From a virus (taxonomy: Duplodnaviria > Caudoviricetes), in IMG/VR virus record IMGVR_UViG_3300023179_000065, positions 1 to 64,000 of that record: 64,000 nucleotides of DNA. One strand, written 5' to 3'. The position numbers and the translations under genes are program-made. The notes under the pieces are model-generated. The model saw nothing but the letters and a program-made list of their open reading frames with translations. It ran no database searches and was not told the origin of the DNA. Shown one piece after another: positions 1 through 9,546 of this stretch (within the stretch, counting starts at the first letter, position 1; the number at the start of each line of letters is the position of its first letter).

Positions 1-432
1 ATGAAGGGCATGGGACAGATAGTAACCTGGTCCATTGTTGATGAAACAATGCATGCTGAATCTATGATTAAATTGTTTAGAACATATATAGAAGAAAATA
101 AAGAGCTATGGAATGATGAACTTAAGGGAAATATCTATACTATTGCTGAAAAAATGGTGGAACTTGAGGACAAATTTATTGACTTGTCTTTTAGTATGGG
201 GGACATGCCATCTCTTACAGCTGAGGATGTTAAGCATTATATTCGCTACATTGCTGATCGTCGCCTTATCTCACTTGGTCTCAAGGGAATATATAAAGTT
301 AAGAGAAACCCATTACCGTGGGTAGAAGAGATGATAAATGCGCCAACGCACACTAATTTTTTTGAAAACAGAGCTACAGATTATGCAAAAGGTGCATTGT
401 CTGGCACTTGGGAGGATGTATGGGCCGCGTAG
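1..432 (+). CDS. nrdB: Ribonucleotide reductase class Ia beta subunit, C-terminal part (5' truncated by window)
   Basis: IVDETMH diiron motif, YIRYIADRRL, C-terminal NFFENRATDY typical of R2 subunits. Confidence 0.95.
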   Translation: MKGMGQIVTWSIVDETMHAESMIKLFRTYIEENKELWNDELKGNIYTIAEKMVELEDKFIDLSFSMGDMPSLTAEDVKHYIRYIADRRLISLGLKGIYKVKRNPLPWVEEMINAPTHTNFFENRATDYAKGALSGTWEDVWAA

Positions 433-902
433 TATTTCTTAGTTTATTTTTAATGGTGTCAAACGCTTTTTCGGCAGATCTGCCCAATCCAGCAATCACC
501 CCTGGTGCTATTGACGCATCTGCAACAAAAGAGGTTATCTGCGTTAGAGGGTATACTGGTAGTGTGAAATCTGACGGCACTAAAGTTCGGGATGTTTCAG
601 AAGCTACCAAGCAGCAAGCATATAAAAATTATGGTATTGAAGGTAATTACAAGGGTTATTGTGACCCTAAGGTAGGGTGCGAAATAGATCATTTGATTAG
701 TCTTCAATTAGGCGGCTCAAACGATATTAAGAATCTATGGCCTCAATCTTATGCAGGCCAGTGGAATGCACATTTAAAAGACGGGCTAGAAAACACCCTA
801 CATTCAAAAGTATGCAAGGGTGAGATATCTCTTAAAGAAGCACAACAAGCTATCTCTTCAAACTGGATAGAAGCTTGGAAAAAATACGTTAAAACTCAAT
901 AG
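420..902 (+). CDS. Putative exported HNH-fold protein
   Basis: ATG at 420 after GGAGG; hydrophobic signal-like N-terminus (VVFLSLFLMVSNAFS-AD); EIDHLISLQLGGSNDIKNLW HNH-like motif; 4 Cys in the mature part. Confidence 0.6.
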   Translation: MGRVVFLSLFLMVSNAFSADLPNPAITPGAIDASATKEVICVRGYTGSVKSDGTKVRDVSEATKQQAYKNYGIEGNYKGYCDPKVGCEIDHLISLQLGGSNDIKNLWPQSYAGQWNAHLKDGLENTLHSKVCKGEISLKEAQQAISSNWIEAWKKYVKTQ

Positions 903-912
903 GAGCAGCATT

Positions 913-1116
913 ATGAGCCCTCTAGAAGAAGGTAATACTAATACGTATTGTTATGATTGCTACGCTGAATTTACAGTAGAGCCAGCTGATGACTTAGATG
1001 AACCAGTACTTTTTTGTCCTTTCTGCGGTGCAGGATTGCTAGAAGAAATGGAAGAAGATTTTGACGAAGATGAAGAAGATTTAGATGACGAAGGTTTGTC
1101 AGACAGCTATAATTAA
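913..1116 (+). CDS. Small zinc-ribbon protein with acidic tail
   Basis: CYDC...CPFC, D/E-rich C-terminus, AGGAG RBS. Confidence 0.7.
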   Translation: MSPLEEGNTNTYCYDCYAEFTVEPADDLDEPVLFCPFCGAGLLEEMEEDFDEDEEDLDDEGLSDSYN

Positions 1117-1673
1117 TGATATGCGCAGGAATTGATCTTTCACTTACATCCCCAGCAATCTGCGTATGCTTAGATGAAGAAGATTTTTCGTTTGAGTATT
1201 GTAAGTTCGAGTGCTTGACTGATAATCCAAAAAGGGTCGTCAGTCAAGCTAATGTTAAAAGTCAGCTATTTCCATTATACAATTCTCAATACGAGAGATA
1301 TAGAAACATCTCAACCTGGGTAATGGATGTTATTGGTGAATATGGGATTGATCGAGTTTTTATCGAAGACTATAGTTTTGGTTCAACCGGTAGAGTATTT
1401 CATATAGCCGAAAATACCGGCATACTTAAATATATTCTATGGCTTAATAACGTTAGTTTTGTTACTATACCACCAACAGTAGTAAAAAAGATAGCTACTG
1501 GTAAAGGCAACGCTAATAAAGAAGCTATGGAAACAGCATTCTTGCAAGAAACAAATTTCAACTTCAAAGCATTATTTAACCTTTCACCTAAGCAGTGGAA
1601 CCCTTCTTCTGACCTAATAGATAGTTTCTACATCTGTAAAACTGGTTGCCTGGATTATAGAAAGGTAGTATAA
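1116..1673 (+). CDS. RuvC-like Holliday junction resolvase
   Basis: GIDLSLTSP, IEDYSFGS, PPTVVKKIATGKGNANKEAM, SDLIDS: RuvC catalytic D/E/D pattern. Confidence 0.85.
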   Translation: MICAGIDLSLTSPAICVCLDEEDFSFEYCKFECLTDNPKRVVSQANVKSQLFPLYNSQYERYRNISTWVMDVIGEYGIDRVFIEDYSFGSTGRVFHIAENTGILKYILWLNNVSFVTIPPTVVKKIATGKGNANKEAMETAFLQETNFNFKALFNLSPKQWNPSSDLIDSFYICKTGCLDYRKVV

Positions 1674-1690
1674 TTCTCTGAGGAGGATAT

Positions 1691-1918
1691 ATGAAAACTA
1701 TCAACGGCTTCAGTTACGATTATTCAAACCTTAAACCTATTCATAAGTTTATTAATGAAGATAAAGAAATTAGCATCTTCAGAGAGCAATATGGATATGC
1801 CCTACTTCAAAAAAGCCCTGCAGGACAACAAAGGCTTAAGCTAGATGAAGTGCAGCTTAGCTCATTCCTAATAAACTTAACTAAAAATAAATGGAAAGAA
1901 GTAAATGCAAATTTCTAA
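1691..1918 (+). CDS. Hypothetical protein
   Basis: ORF with strong GAGGAGG RBS, in gene run. Confidence 0.65.
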   Translation: MKTINGFSYDYSNLKPIHKFINEDKEISIFREQYGYALLQKSPAGQQRLKLDEVQLSSFLINLTKNKWKEVNANF

Positions 1919-2243
1919 CATATTAGAATTTGTTTTAATTGGAATTGGTCTGCTTACAATTATCGAGTTTGTAGGTAGAGTTATTATAAGATATAACGAC
2001 CTTAGACAGCTAGATGAAGAAAATTCAGATGATACTATTGAAACGCTTCCAGAAGATTGGATTGTACCGTTAGAATTAAAATATAATGATAATTACTGGT
2101 ATGCATGGGATCTAGACGGTAATTTTATTACTCAATCAACATCAAAAGAGTTGCTTTTAATTGAAGTAATGAATAAACTAGAAATACCACCAAAACGTGT
2201 TACGGTTAATAGTGAAGATAAACTAAATGAAAACAAACTTTAG
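1905..2243 (+). CDS. Hypothetical protein with N-terminal membrane anchor
   Basis: Hydrophobic residues about 7-28; overlaps neighbours. Confidence 0.6.
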   Translation: MQISNILEFVLIGIGLLTIIEFVGRVIIRYNDLRQLDEENSDDTIETLPEDWIVPLELKYNDNYWYAWDLDGNFITQSTSKELLLIEVMNKLEIPPKRVTVNSEDKLNENKL

Positions 2244-2427
2244 GAAACCTGAATATAAAATTAGAGAAAACGTTACTTTAAAGAACGCGTTTAATAACAC
2301 TAGTACTATTGGTGATATTATTAACGAAGAAGAAATTGACGGCCGCGCTTTTTATGTTATTAGGTGCAACGGGCGAGTTCAAAAGCTCGCTAAAGAAGCA
2401 CATACTATAGTGAATAAAGGAAAATGA
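2227..2427 (+). CDS. Hypothetical protein (SH3-like size)
   Basis: Tightly packed ORF. Confidence 0.55.
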   Translation: MKTNFRKPEYKIRENVTLKNAFNNTSTIGDIINEEEIDGRAFYVIRCNGRVQKLAKEAHTIVNKGK

Positions 2428-2594
2428 AAACAAACTCAACTTTTAAAATGCCCCGAGATCTTAAGCGACTTGTTTGCCTGGAAAAGAACGCAGGTAAGAA
2501 GAGTGTCCTTAAGGATCTCTTTATTAATGCGACTATTAGCTTTGAAGAAGCAAAGAAGAAGACATTTAAAGCAAGAGAGGAAAGCAGTGAGTAA
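2424..2594 (+). CDS. Small basic hypothetical protein MKTNSTFKMPRDLKRL...ESSE (56 aa; not in ORF track)
   Basis: ATGA overlap with upstream gene, open to TAA 2592-2594, fills the gap before the next gene. Confidence 0.6.
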   Translation: MKTNSTFKMPRDLKRLVCLEKNAGKKSVLKDLFINATISFEEAKKKTFKAREESSE

Positions 2595-2856
2595 TAATTT
2601 CGCTATTGATACTGATAAAGAAGTACTGCGTAATATCCTTAACACCCAAGAAGTAGTAATTAAGTTTATTAAGACTAATGGTGAAAGTAGGGAAATGAGA
2701 TGCACGCTTAGCGAAGGTTTGGTACCTCAGTATGAGAAGAAAACCGATCGCGTTAAGAATGCTAATGCTGAAGTCCAGCCAGTCTTTGATCTAGACAAGC
2801 AGGCATGGAGATCCTTTAGGTGGGACAGCGTTACAGAATTTTCATTCAATAATTAA
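2587..2856 (+). CDS. WYL_2/Sm-like SH3 beta-barrel protein (DUF2693-like)
   Basis: VIKFIKTNGESREMRCTL...VFDLDKQAWRSFRWDSV; likely GTG start at 2587 after GAGGA. Confidence 0.75.
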   Translation: MSNNFAIDTDKEVLRNILNTQEVVIKFIKTNGESREMRCTLSEGLVPQYEKKTDRVKNANAEVQPVFDLDKQAWRSFRWDSVTEFSFNN

Positions 2857-2875
2857 TTTGATATAGGAATTTATC

Positions 2876-3514
2876 ATGTATGGTCAAAAAGTAGGCTTTA
2901 CCTGCTCGACTTTTGATTTGTTGCATGCCGGTCATATCGATATGTTAAGGCAAGCAAAGGATGTATGTGATTACTTGATTGTTGGTCTTCAAGTAGATCC
3001 TTCAGCAGATCGATCATGGAAAAATAAGCCAGTACAAACTCTAGTTGAGAGGTATATTCAACTCCAAGCAGTAAAGTACGTTGATGAAATTATCCCGTAT
3101 GTTACTGAGAAGGATCTAGAAGATCTTCTTAGCTTCCTCCCTATTAATATTCGTATTGTAGGGGAAGAGTATAAGGATAAGGATCTTTCTGGCAGAGAAA
3201 TGTGTCAAAAGCGCGACATAGAAATTTTCTACAACAAGCGCCAGCACAGGTTTAGTTCAACGGAACTAAGGTCGCGTGTTACTAACAGATATAATTTAAA
3301 TACTCAACAGCCAAGCGATCCATTTTCAGTAAGTCACAGCTCTATGAGCTCTGATGTAATTGTAGGCGCTGCAGGAATAGATACTATTACAATCGGTAGT
3401 GGTGGCGGTGACATTGGCTCAATGTACGGCGCACAACCAGCAAGTCTAATAAACACAGATATGAGTTGCAGCTATAATTATGGATCATCATTGGGTAGCA
3501 ATAACAGGAAGTAA
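2876..3514 (+). CDS. Cytidylyltransferase-family nucleotidyltransferase (TagD/RfaE domain II-like) with low-complexity tail
   Basis: STFDLLHAGH (HxGH) motif, RQHRFSSTELR end motif. Confidence 0.85.
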   Translation: MYGQKVGFTCSTFDLLHAGHIDMLRQAKDVCDYLIVGLQVDPSADRSWKNKPVQTLVERYIQLQAVKYVDEIIPYVTEKDLEDLLSFLPINIRIVGEEYKDKDLSGREMCQKRDIEIFYNKRQHRFSSTELRSRVTNRYNLNTQQPSDPFSVSHSSMSSDVIVGAAGIDTITIGSGGGDIGSMYGAQPASLINTDMSCSYNYGSSLGSNNRK

Positions 3515-4466
3515 GGGTTATATCGGCGCTATACTAGCCAAGCATTGCAAAATGCTTGGCTATAGTGTTTTAGGTGTAGACCATGAATATACAAATCTAG
3601 ATCAACCCGCATATGTGGATCGAGTCCTCGACTGCTGCATATCTGATATTAAATTTGCAGAAGCCTGTAAAGAACTAAACATTTCTACTGTATTTCACTT
3701 AGCCGCATCAGCTGATGTTAAGCTAAGTCAAGAGATGCCCTTTTTGTTTTATTACAACAATGTTGGCAATACAGCACGAATGCTGCATAACCTTACTCAA
3801 TCAGGGTGGATAGAAAGAAACGGTAAAATAGTTTTTTCTAGTACAGCTGCAGTTTATAAAGAGATCTCAAAACCGGTTCTAGAAAATAGTCCTAAAGGTT
3901 CGCCTAATGAATATGGCAAATCTAAGCTGATGTGTGAAAAACTTATACAAAAACTTTTTAGTTTTTATAAGATACCATCGGTTACCTTTAGGTATTTTAA
4001 TGTTGCTGGTGCTAATAAAGATCTAGGCGATCGTATTGATACCTCTCATATTATACCGATTTTGTGTAAATCAGCTTATAGCGGCAAACCATTTAGCCTT
4101 TATGGTTCGGACTACGAGACTAAGGATGGTACAGCGGTACGAGATTATCTTGATGTTAATGATGTATGTCGCGCACATTTTACCGCTATTGAATACTTAA
4201 ATAGCAACCCTGGTGCGCATATTTTTAATCTAGGCACAAAGCAAGGCACAACATTAAACGAGCTTATTACTAAGTTTGAAGATGTAGTTAAAATAGACCT
4301 TACATATGCGTTAGCCCCTAGGAGACCAGGGGATCCAGGGTTTCTAGTTGCTAATCCTGATAAGTTTATTAATGATACTGGCTTTCAATATCAAGGTAAT
4401 ATAGAATCTATTATTAGCTCCAGTTGGGAGTTTTATTGTTATAGGGAAGACAAAAATGGCTTTTGA
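3480..4466 (+). CDS. galE: UDP-glucose 4-epimerase-like NAD-dependent epimerase
   Basis: ITGSKGYIG, FSSTAAVY, YGKSK catalytic YxxxK, RYFNVAGA, DGTAVRDYL, RRPGDP. Confidence 0.85.
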   Translation: MDHHWVAITGSKGYIGAILAKHCKMLGYSVLGVDHEYTNLDQPAYVDRVLDCCISDIKFAEACKELNISTVFHLAASADVKLSQEMPFLFYYNNVGNTARMLHNLTQSGWIERNGKIVFSSTAAVYKEISKPVLENSPKGSPNEYGKSKLMCEKLIQKLFSFYKIPSVTFRYFNVAGANKDLGDRIDTSHIIPILCKSAYSGKPFSLYGSDYETKDGTAVRDYLDVNDVCRAHFTAIEYLNSNPGAHIFNLGTKQGTTLNELITKFEDVVKIDLTYALAPRRPGDPGFLVANPDKFINDTGFQYQGNIESIISSSWEFYCYREDKNGF

Positions 4467-5454
4467 GGAAAATGAAGTATCGAAGAATTCGCAGGGCGGT
4501 ACTGAAATGATGAAACGAGGTCTTGCAGAAAGACTTCCACCGGGTGCTGCGGATGAATTTCAGGTTATTTGCTCCAGAGTAAGAGACCTAGAAGATGATA
4601 AGATTCGGATCTATTGGCTTCATGACTTGCCAGAAGATCCAGAGACTAATCACCTTAAGGATGAGATTAGCCGCGGCCGGTTTCACAAGCTAGTCTTCTG
4701 CGGTCAGTGGCAATACTATCGCTATCAGCACATGCTAGGCGTACCATACGACACGCACTCGACTATTATCGAAACGGCAATCGATCCTATTCCTTTCGTA
4801 GAGAAGAGTAAAGATGAGATTCGTCTTATCTACACATCTACACCTCAGCGTGGGCTAGGACTACTTGTACCAGTCTTTGAAAAGCTTGCAGAAGAATACG
4901 ATAATATCGTGCTTGACGTATATTCTAGCTTTAAGATCTATGGCTGGGATGATGCAGACAAGCAGTTTGAACCTTTGTATGAACGCATGCGCGCCCATCC
5001 GAAGATTAACTATCATTCGTACGCCTCTAATGATGATGTGCGAGCTGCCCTACAAAAGGCACATATTTTTGCGTACCCTTCAATTTGGACTGAATGCAAT
5101 AGCCGTTCGCTTATTGAAGCAATGTCGGCCGGTCTACTTTGCGTGCATCCTAACCGTGGCGGACTGATTGATACTTCTGGTGGGCTTAATTTCATGTATC
5201 AAGGTTCAGACGACGTTCAAGAGCATGCAGGTACTTTCTACTTCGCACTTAAGAACGCTATTGATATTGTAAATACTGAACAGATTCAAGACTATCTTAA
5301 GCTTACAAAGACGTATGCAGATAGCAGATTCAACTGGACTAAGATTACAAGTCAGTGGCAAGATCTAATGGCATCGCTTAAGGCACAGTACCCAACAGAA
5401 GAAAGCCGCAAGATTAAGAATGCCGGTCCTATGTTCGTTTATAATACTGTATGA
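4456..5454 (+). CDS. GT-B (GT4-like) glycosyltransferase
   Basis: GGTE N-terminal motif, YTSTPQRGL, ECNSRSLIEAMSAG (ExxxxxxxE). Confidence 0.85.
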   Translation: MAFEENEVSKNSQGGTEMMKRGLAERLPPGAADEFQVICSRVRDLEDDKIRIYWLHDLPEDPETNHLKDEISRGRFHKLVFCGQWQYYRYQHMLGVPYDTHSTIIETAIDPIPFVEKSKDEIRLIYTSTPQRGLGLLVPVFEKLAEEYDNIVLDVYSSFKIYGWDDADKQFEPLYERMRAHPKINYHSYASNDDVRAALQKAHIFAYPSIWTECNSRSLIEAMSAGLLCVHPNRGGLIDTSGGLNFMYQGSDDVQEHAGTFYFALKNAIDIVNTEQIQDYLKLTKTYADSRFNWTKITSQWQDLMASLKAQYPTEESRKIKNAGPMFVYNTV

Positions 5455-6428
5455 TTTTAGCTAAGACACCGTTAAGAGTAAGTTTTTTTGGAGGCGGCAG
5501 TGATATATCGTCTTTTTACGAAAGGACGCCTGGTGCATGCTTGTCAACAACGATTAACAAGTATATGTACATTACTGTTTGTAAGACTTCACTTGACGGT
5601 GTCAAAGCTATTTACAACTCAATAGAAGTTACTGAGGATGTTGAAGAATTAAAGCACGATAGAATTAAAAATGTGCTTAAGGCATTTAGTATTGCAAAGA
5701 ATATAGAAATTGCATCTTTTTCTGAGATACCTACTAAAGGTACTGGATTAGGTTCATCATCTGCCTTTACTGTTGGGCTTATAGATGCAATTTACAGATA
5801 CCAGGACTTACCTGCTCCTAGCAGATTTGATCTAGCTGAAGCTGCATGCGATATAGAAATTAACTGGTGTAGAGATCCAATAGGTAAACAAGACCAATAT
5901 GCAGCTGCGTTCGGCGGTCTTAATCTTTTTACCTTTAATACTGATGGTGTTGTAGATGTTAGCCCCGTACCAGCTAGTAGTAGTACTATTACTAGACTTA
6001 AAAGCAATTTAATGTTATTCTATACTGGTATTACAAGAAGTGCTGCTAATATTCTGCAAGAACAATCTTTTAATGATAAAAATCACGAAGTAAGAGAACT
6101 AGTTAAGCTTGCTCACGACGCTTATAAATCTATAAGAACAGGTAAGTTAGATGATTTTGGTGATATGCTAGATTATTCGTGGAATATCAAACGATCGCTT
6201 GCAAGCGGTATCAGCAGCGGGCAGCTAGATGATTATTACAGCGATATTAAGAAAGCTGGTGCATTAGGCGGTAAAATACTAGGGGCTGGTGGTGGAGGTT
6301 ACTTTTTATTCTATGTTCCGGATGACATAAGTAAAAAGAAGGTACTAGAAAAGGCCAAGAGAATAGGCCTTAAACATTTTAATTTTAATTTTGAGAATGA
6401 TGGAAGTAGAGTAGTTTATGCAAATTGA
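5451..6428 (+). CDS. hddA: GHMP kinase, D-glycero-alpha-D-manno-heptose-7-phosphate kinase-like
   Basis: TPLRVSFFGGGSD, PTKGTGLGSSS, IGKQDQYAAAFGG, GGKILGAGGGG. Confidence 0.85.
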   Translation: MILAKTPLRVSFFGGGSDISSFYERTPGACLSTTINKYMYITVCKTSLDGVKAIYNSIEVTEDVEELKHDRIKNVLKAFSIAKNIEIASFSEIPTKGTGLGSSSAFTVGLIDAIYRYQDLPAPSRFDLAEAACDIEINWCRDPIGKQDQYAAAFGGLNLFTFNTDGVVDVSPVPASSSTITRLKSNLMLFYTGITRSAANILQEQSFNDKNHEVRELVKLAHDAYKSIRTGKLDDFGDMLDYSWNIKRSLASGISSGQLDDYYSDIKKAGALGGKILGAGGGGYFLFYVPDDISKKKVLEKAKRIGLKHFNFNFENDGSRVVYAN

Positions 6429-7005
6429 TGATAGGCTTCAAAGCTATGCTCAAGACCTAGCCAACGGTCTACGCAGTGTTGATCCTCTTGCTCTAGATAG
6501 AGCTGCAACATTACTAATTATTACCATGCTAGCAAAAGGTACTATTTTTGTTTGCGGCAATGGTGGTTCAGCTGCTATAAGCGATCATTTCCTTTGCGAC
6601 CATAGCAAAGGTATCTATAACGATACTAAATTTTTTCCTAAGATAGTATCACTACCATCCAACATGTCTTTGCTTACCGCGATTGGTAATGATATATCTT
6701 ATGATAGTGTTTTTAGCTATCAACTCGATATGTTTGCAGACCCTGGTGATGTTCTGGTAGTGATATCATCTAGCGGTAATTCACCAAATATATTAAACGC
6801 ATTGCGCACGGCCAAAGCTAGTAATATGAAGACTATTGCACTAGTAGGCTTTGACGGTGGTGAAGCTAAAAATCTGGCAGATATAGTTCTTCATGTACCT
6901 GTTAATAACTACGGTATCGTTGAAGACGCACATCAAGCAATAATGCACGTAATAGCGCAGCATATTAGAATTACAAACAAAGATAAAGATACTATTAAAC
7001 TGTAA
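6418..7005 (+). CDS. gmhA: Phosphoheptose (sedoheptulose-7-phosphate) isomerase, SIS domain
   Basis: CGNGGSAA, TAIGND, ISSSGNSPN, VEDAH. Confidence 0.9.
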   Translation: MQIDDRLQSYAQDLANGLRSVDPLALDRAATLLIITMLAKGTIFVCGNGGSAAISDHFLCDHSKGIYNDTKFFPKIVSLPSNMSLLTAIGNDISYDSVFSYQLDMFADPGDVLVVISSSGNSPNILNALRTAKASNMKTIALVGFDGGEAKNLADIVLHVPVNNYGIVEDAHQAIMHVIAQHIRITNKDKDTIKL

Positions 7006-7859
7006 TGATTTTACTTGACCTTAACCAGGTGTGCATTGCTAATTTGATGGCACAGCTTGGTAATTATACAAATGTTAAAGTAGATGAAAATCTACTAAGG
7101 CATATGGTTCTCAATACAATTAGATCCTTAAAAAATAAGTTCACAGAAGAATATGGTGAGCTTGTAATCTGTTGTGATGATAAAAAAGTATGGAGAAAAG
7201 ATGTATTTCCATACTACAAAGCTAATCGTAAGAAGACTAGAGATGAATCAGAACTAGACTGGTCATTTATCTTTAACACTTTATCTGCTATTAAGCAGGA
7301 ACTCAAGGAATACTTTCCTTATAGAGTTATTCAAGTAAAAGGTGCTGAAGCAGATGACGTAATTGGTACTCTAGTACTAAAACACGGGCATATGCTAAAT
7401 ACTGGTGAGCCGATATTAATTCTCTCAGGTGATAAAGATTTTGTTCAACTTCAAGTATTTGGTAATGTTAGTCAATTTGATCCTATTAGAAAAAAACCAA
7501 TTAAAAACAACGACCCAGTGAAGTTTACTAAAGAGCTTATTATTAAGGGCGATCGTGGTGATGGTATTCCTAATATTCTATCTCCAGACGATAGCCTAGT
7601 AAATAATATTAGACAGAAACCCGTGAGGCTTGAACGCTTTGAGGGTATGAATAATCCGCGTAAGGAACTTACCGGCGACCTCTTAAAAAATTGGATTCGT
7701 AACGAACAACTTATTGATCTCACATTTGTACCAGAACATATTCAAGCATGCGTGCATGACGAATATGATAAGGAAAGTAACAAGAATAAAGATAAGCTTT
7801 TGGATTTTCTTGTTAGTAAGAAGCTCAAACAACAAATAGAACATATCGGTGAATTTTAA
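7005..7859 (+). CDS. rnh: T4-type RNase H (5'-3' exonuclease)
   Basis: WRKDVFPYYKANR, EADDVIG, SGDKDFVQL, GDRGDGIPN. Confidence 0.95.
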   Translation: MILLDLNQVCIANLMAQLGNYTNVKVDENLLRHMVLNTIRSLKNKFTEEYGELVICCDDKKVWRKDVFPYYKANRKKTRDESELDWSFIFNTLSAIKQELKEYFPYRVIQVKGAEADDVIGTLVLKHGHMLNTGEPILILSGDKDFVQLQVFGNVSQFDPIRKKPIKNNDPVKFTKELIIKGDRGDGIPNILSPDDSLVNNIRQKPVRLERFEGMNNPRKELTGDLLKNWIRNEQLIDLTFVPEHIQACVHDEYDKESNKNKDKLLDFLVSKKLKQQIEHIGEF

Positions 7860-8308
7860 TGAAAAAATGTATTGCTGAGATTATTAAGTCGTGTTGTGAT
7901 CTTAAGACTATAGAAGAAAAAGTAAGATTTCTTCAAAGCAATGATAATCCTATTTTAAGAACTATTCTTAAATGTGTTTTTGATCCTAAAATAATTTTTC
8001 TTCTTCCCGAAGGTTCTCCCCCTTACAAGCCTAGTGAATACCTAGATCTAGAAGGCAGACTATATTCTGAGACCAGAAAACTCTATTTGTTTGTTGAGGG
8101 TGGAAATCCTAATCTCAGCAAATTTAAACGAGAAATGCTTTTCATCCAACTTATCGAATCGCTAGATAAACGAGATGCAGAACTTTTAATCGCAGTAAAA
8201 GATAAAAAGTTGCCTTTTAAAGGCATTACAGAGAAGATAGTTAGAGCAGCATATCCAGACCTACTACCATTAGAGGAGAGCAATGAGCAAGTCGCAAAAA
8301 AAGCATAA
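7859..8308 (+). CDS. Conserved T4-like phage protein (DUF6433-like)
   Basis: LPEGSPPY...KREMLFIQLIESL...AELLIAVKDKKL, a family usually found after rnh. Confidence 0.7.
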   Translation: MKKCIAEIIKSCCDLKTIEEKVRFLQSNDNPILRTILKCVFDPKIIFLLPEGSPPYKPSEYLDLEGRLYSETRKLYLFVEGGNPNLSKFKREMLFIQLIESLDKRDAELLIAVKDKKLPFKGITEKIVRAAYPDLLPLEESNEQVAKKA

Positions 8309-8456
8309 TAATTACGTTTACGAAGATAATGATAGACCTCATCATCAAGTTAAGAAATTTAAAAATGCTAAAGAAAAGAAAAATTATAAAAACCTAGAAA
8401 ACATTCTTAAGTCAAAGAATATTGACAGACTGCTAACATTGGATGATACTTATTAA
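8283..8456 (+). CDS. Small basic hypothetical protein (57 aa; not in ORF track)
   Basis: GAGGAG RBS, MSKSQKKH...LDDTY, stop abuts next ATG. Confidence 0.6.
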   Translation: MSKSQKKHNNYVYEDNDRPHHQVKKFKNAKEKKNYKNLENILKSKNIDRLLTLDDTY

Positions 8457-8567
8457 ATGAAATGGCTATGGAGTAGTAAATTTATTGTTTGGTTTGAATC
8501 AAAATTAGTTACTCTTACTAATTACATTTGGCGCAAACGAAGAGAATACGAAAAGAGAAACAAGTAA
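8457..8567 (+). CDS. Small hypothetical protein MKWLWSSKFIVW...KRNK (36 aa; not in ORF track)
   Basis: Starts right after upstream TAA; its TAA overlaps the next ATG (TAATG). Confidence 0.5.
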   Translation: MKWLWSSKFIVWFESKLVTLTNYIWRKRREYEKRNK

Positions 8568-8869
8568 TGCCGTTTTATACTTTTCATGATTCTACTAATG
8601 ATGAAATAGTAGAACATAAGCTTAGTATTTCTGAATACGATACGTTCGTCAAATTGAACCCCCATCTTATACGATATCATGATATATCTACTATACCAAG
8701 TATGGTTAGCGGTGTCGGTGGTATTAAAAATGATTCTGGCTGGAAAGATGTTCTCTCTAAAATCGGAGAGAAACATCCGGACAGTGAGCTCAATAGAAAT
8801 GTTAATAAAAAGTCTATTAAGCAAGTTAAGACAGAACAGGTCATTAAAAAGCACCTTAATAAAAAATAA
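8567..8869 (+). CDS. FmdB-like conserved T4-like phage protein
   Basis: MPFYTF...GWKDVLSKIGEKHP; ATG 8567 preferred over TTG 8528. Confidence 0.7.
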   Translation: MPFYTFHDSTNDEIVEHKLSISEYDTFVKLNPHLIRYHDISTIPSMVSGVGGIKNDSGWKDVLSKIGEKHPDSELNRNVNKKSIKQVKTEQVIKKHLNKK

Positions 8870-9546
8870 TGTTCATACACAATCCCCTACCAGTTCAAGA
8901 ACTTACTAGTGTAGAAAAAGATGGTAAAAGATTTTATCTAGTAGACGGGGAAGAATATCCTTCTGTAACTACTGTTCTTTCTTCTTATAAAAGCAAATCG
9001 ATTGTAGAATGGAGAGAACGAGTAGGAGCTTCAACTGCAGAAAAGATAACAAGACAGGCTACGACTAGGGGAACAGCAGTTCATCAGCTATGTGAAGATT
9101 ATGTAAATAACAAAGAGAACTATACTAGCAAAGCTATGCCTGCTAATGTTTCCTTGTTTAAACAAATCAAAGATTTTCTTGACGATAAACTGCAATCAGT
9201 ATATAATCTAGAAATACCGTTGCATTCAAAGGTACTAAAAGCAGCCGGTAGATGCGACATGCTAGGCCGCATAGATGATAAGATCTGTATTGTTGACTAT
9301 AAGACGTCTTCTAAGATTAAGAAGGAAGAGTGGATAGAAGGGTACTTTCTACAGACCACCGCCTACTCGATGATGGTCGAAGAGATGTACGATCTTAAGA
9401 TCGATCGAATCGTAGTTGTTATTGCAGTAGAAGAAGAAAACGCCCCGCAGATTTTTATAAAGTCTCCGGATGAGTATAGATCTGAAACGATTAACTTATT
9501 TAAATTATATCATACAAATGGCACGCAAAAAGAAAGTAGAATTTAA
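8869..9546 (+). CDS. PD-(D/E)XK exonuclease (exonuclease A type)
   Basis: YPSVTTVLS, RGTAVH, AGRCD, IVDYKTS, QTTAYS. Confidence 0.9.
   Translation: MFIHNPLPVQELTSVEKDGKRFYLVDGEEYPSVTTVLSSYKSKSIVEWRERVGASTAEKITRQATTRGTAVHQLCEDYVNNKENYTSKAMPANVSLFKQIKDFLDDKLQSVYNLEIPLHSKVLKAAGRCDMLGRIDDKICIVDYKTSSKIKKEEWIEGYFLQTTAYSMMVEEMYDLKIDRIVVVIAVEEENAPQIFIKSPDEYRSETINLFKLYHTNGTQKESRI

Noticed and set aside
420-902. Intron-encoded homing endonuclease in nrdB
   Set aside because: nrdB reads to a normal C-terminus, and the ORF lies downstream with a signal peptide.
2470-2586. N-terminal extension of the WYL-like ORF given in the track
   Set aside because: Overlaps a better 56-aa ORF (2424-2594); GTG at 2587 has an RBS.
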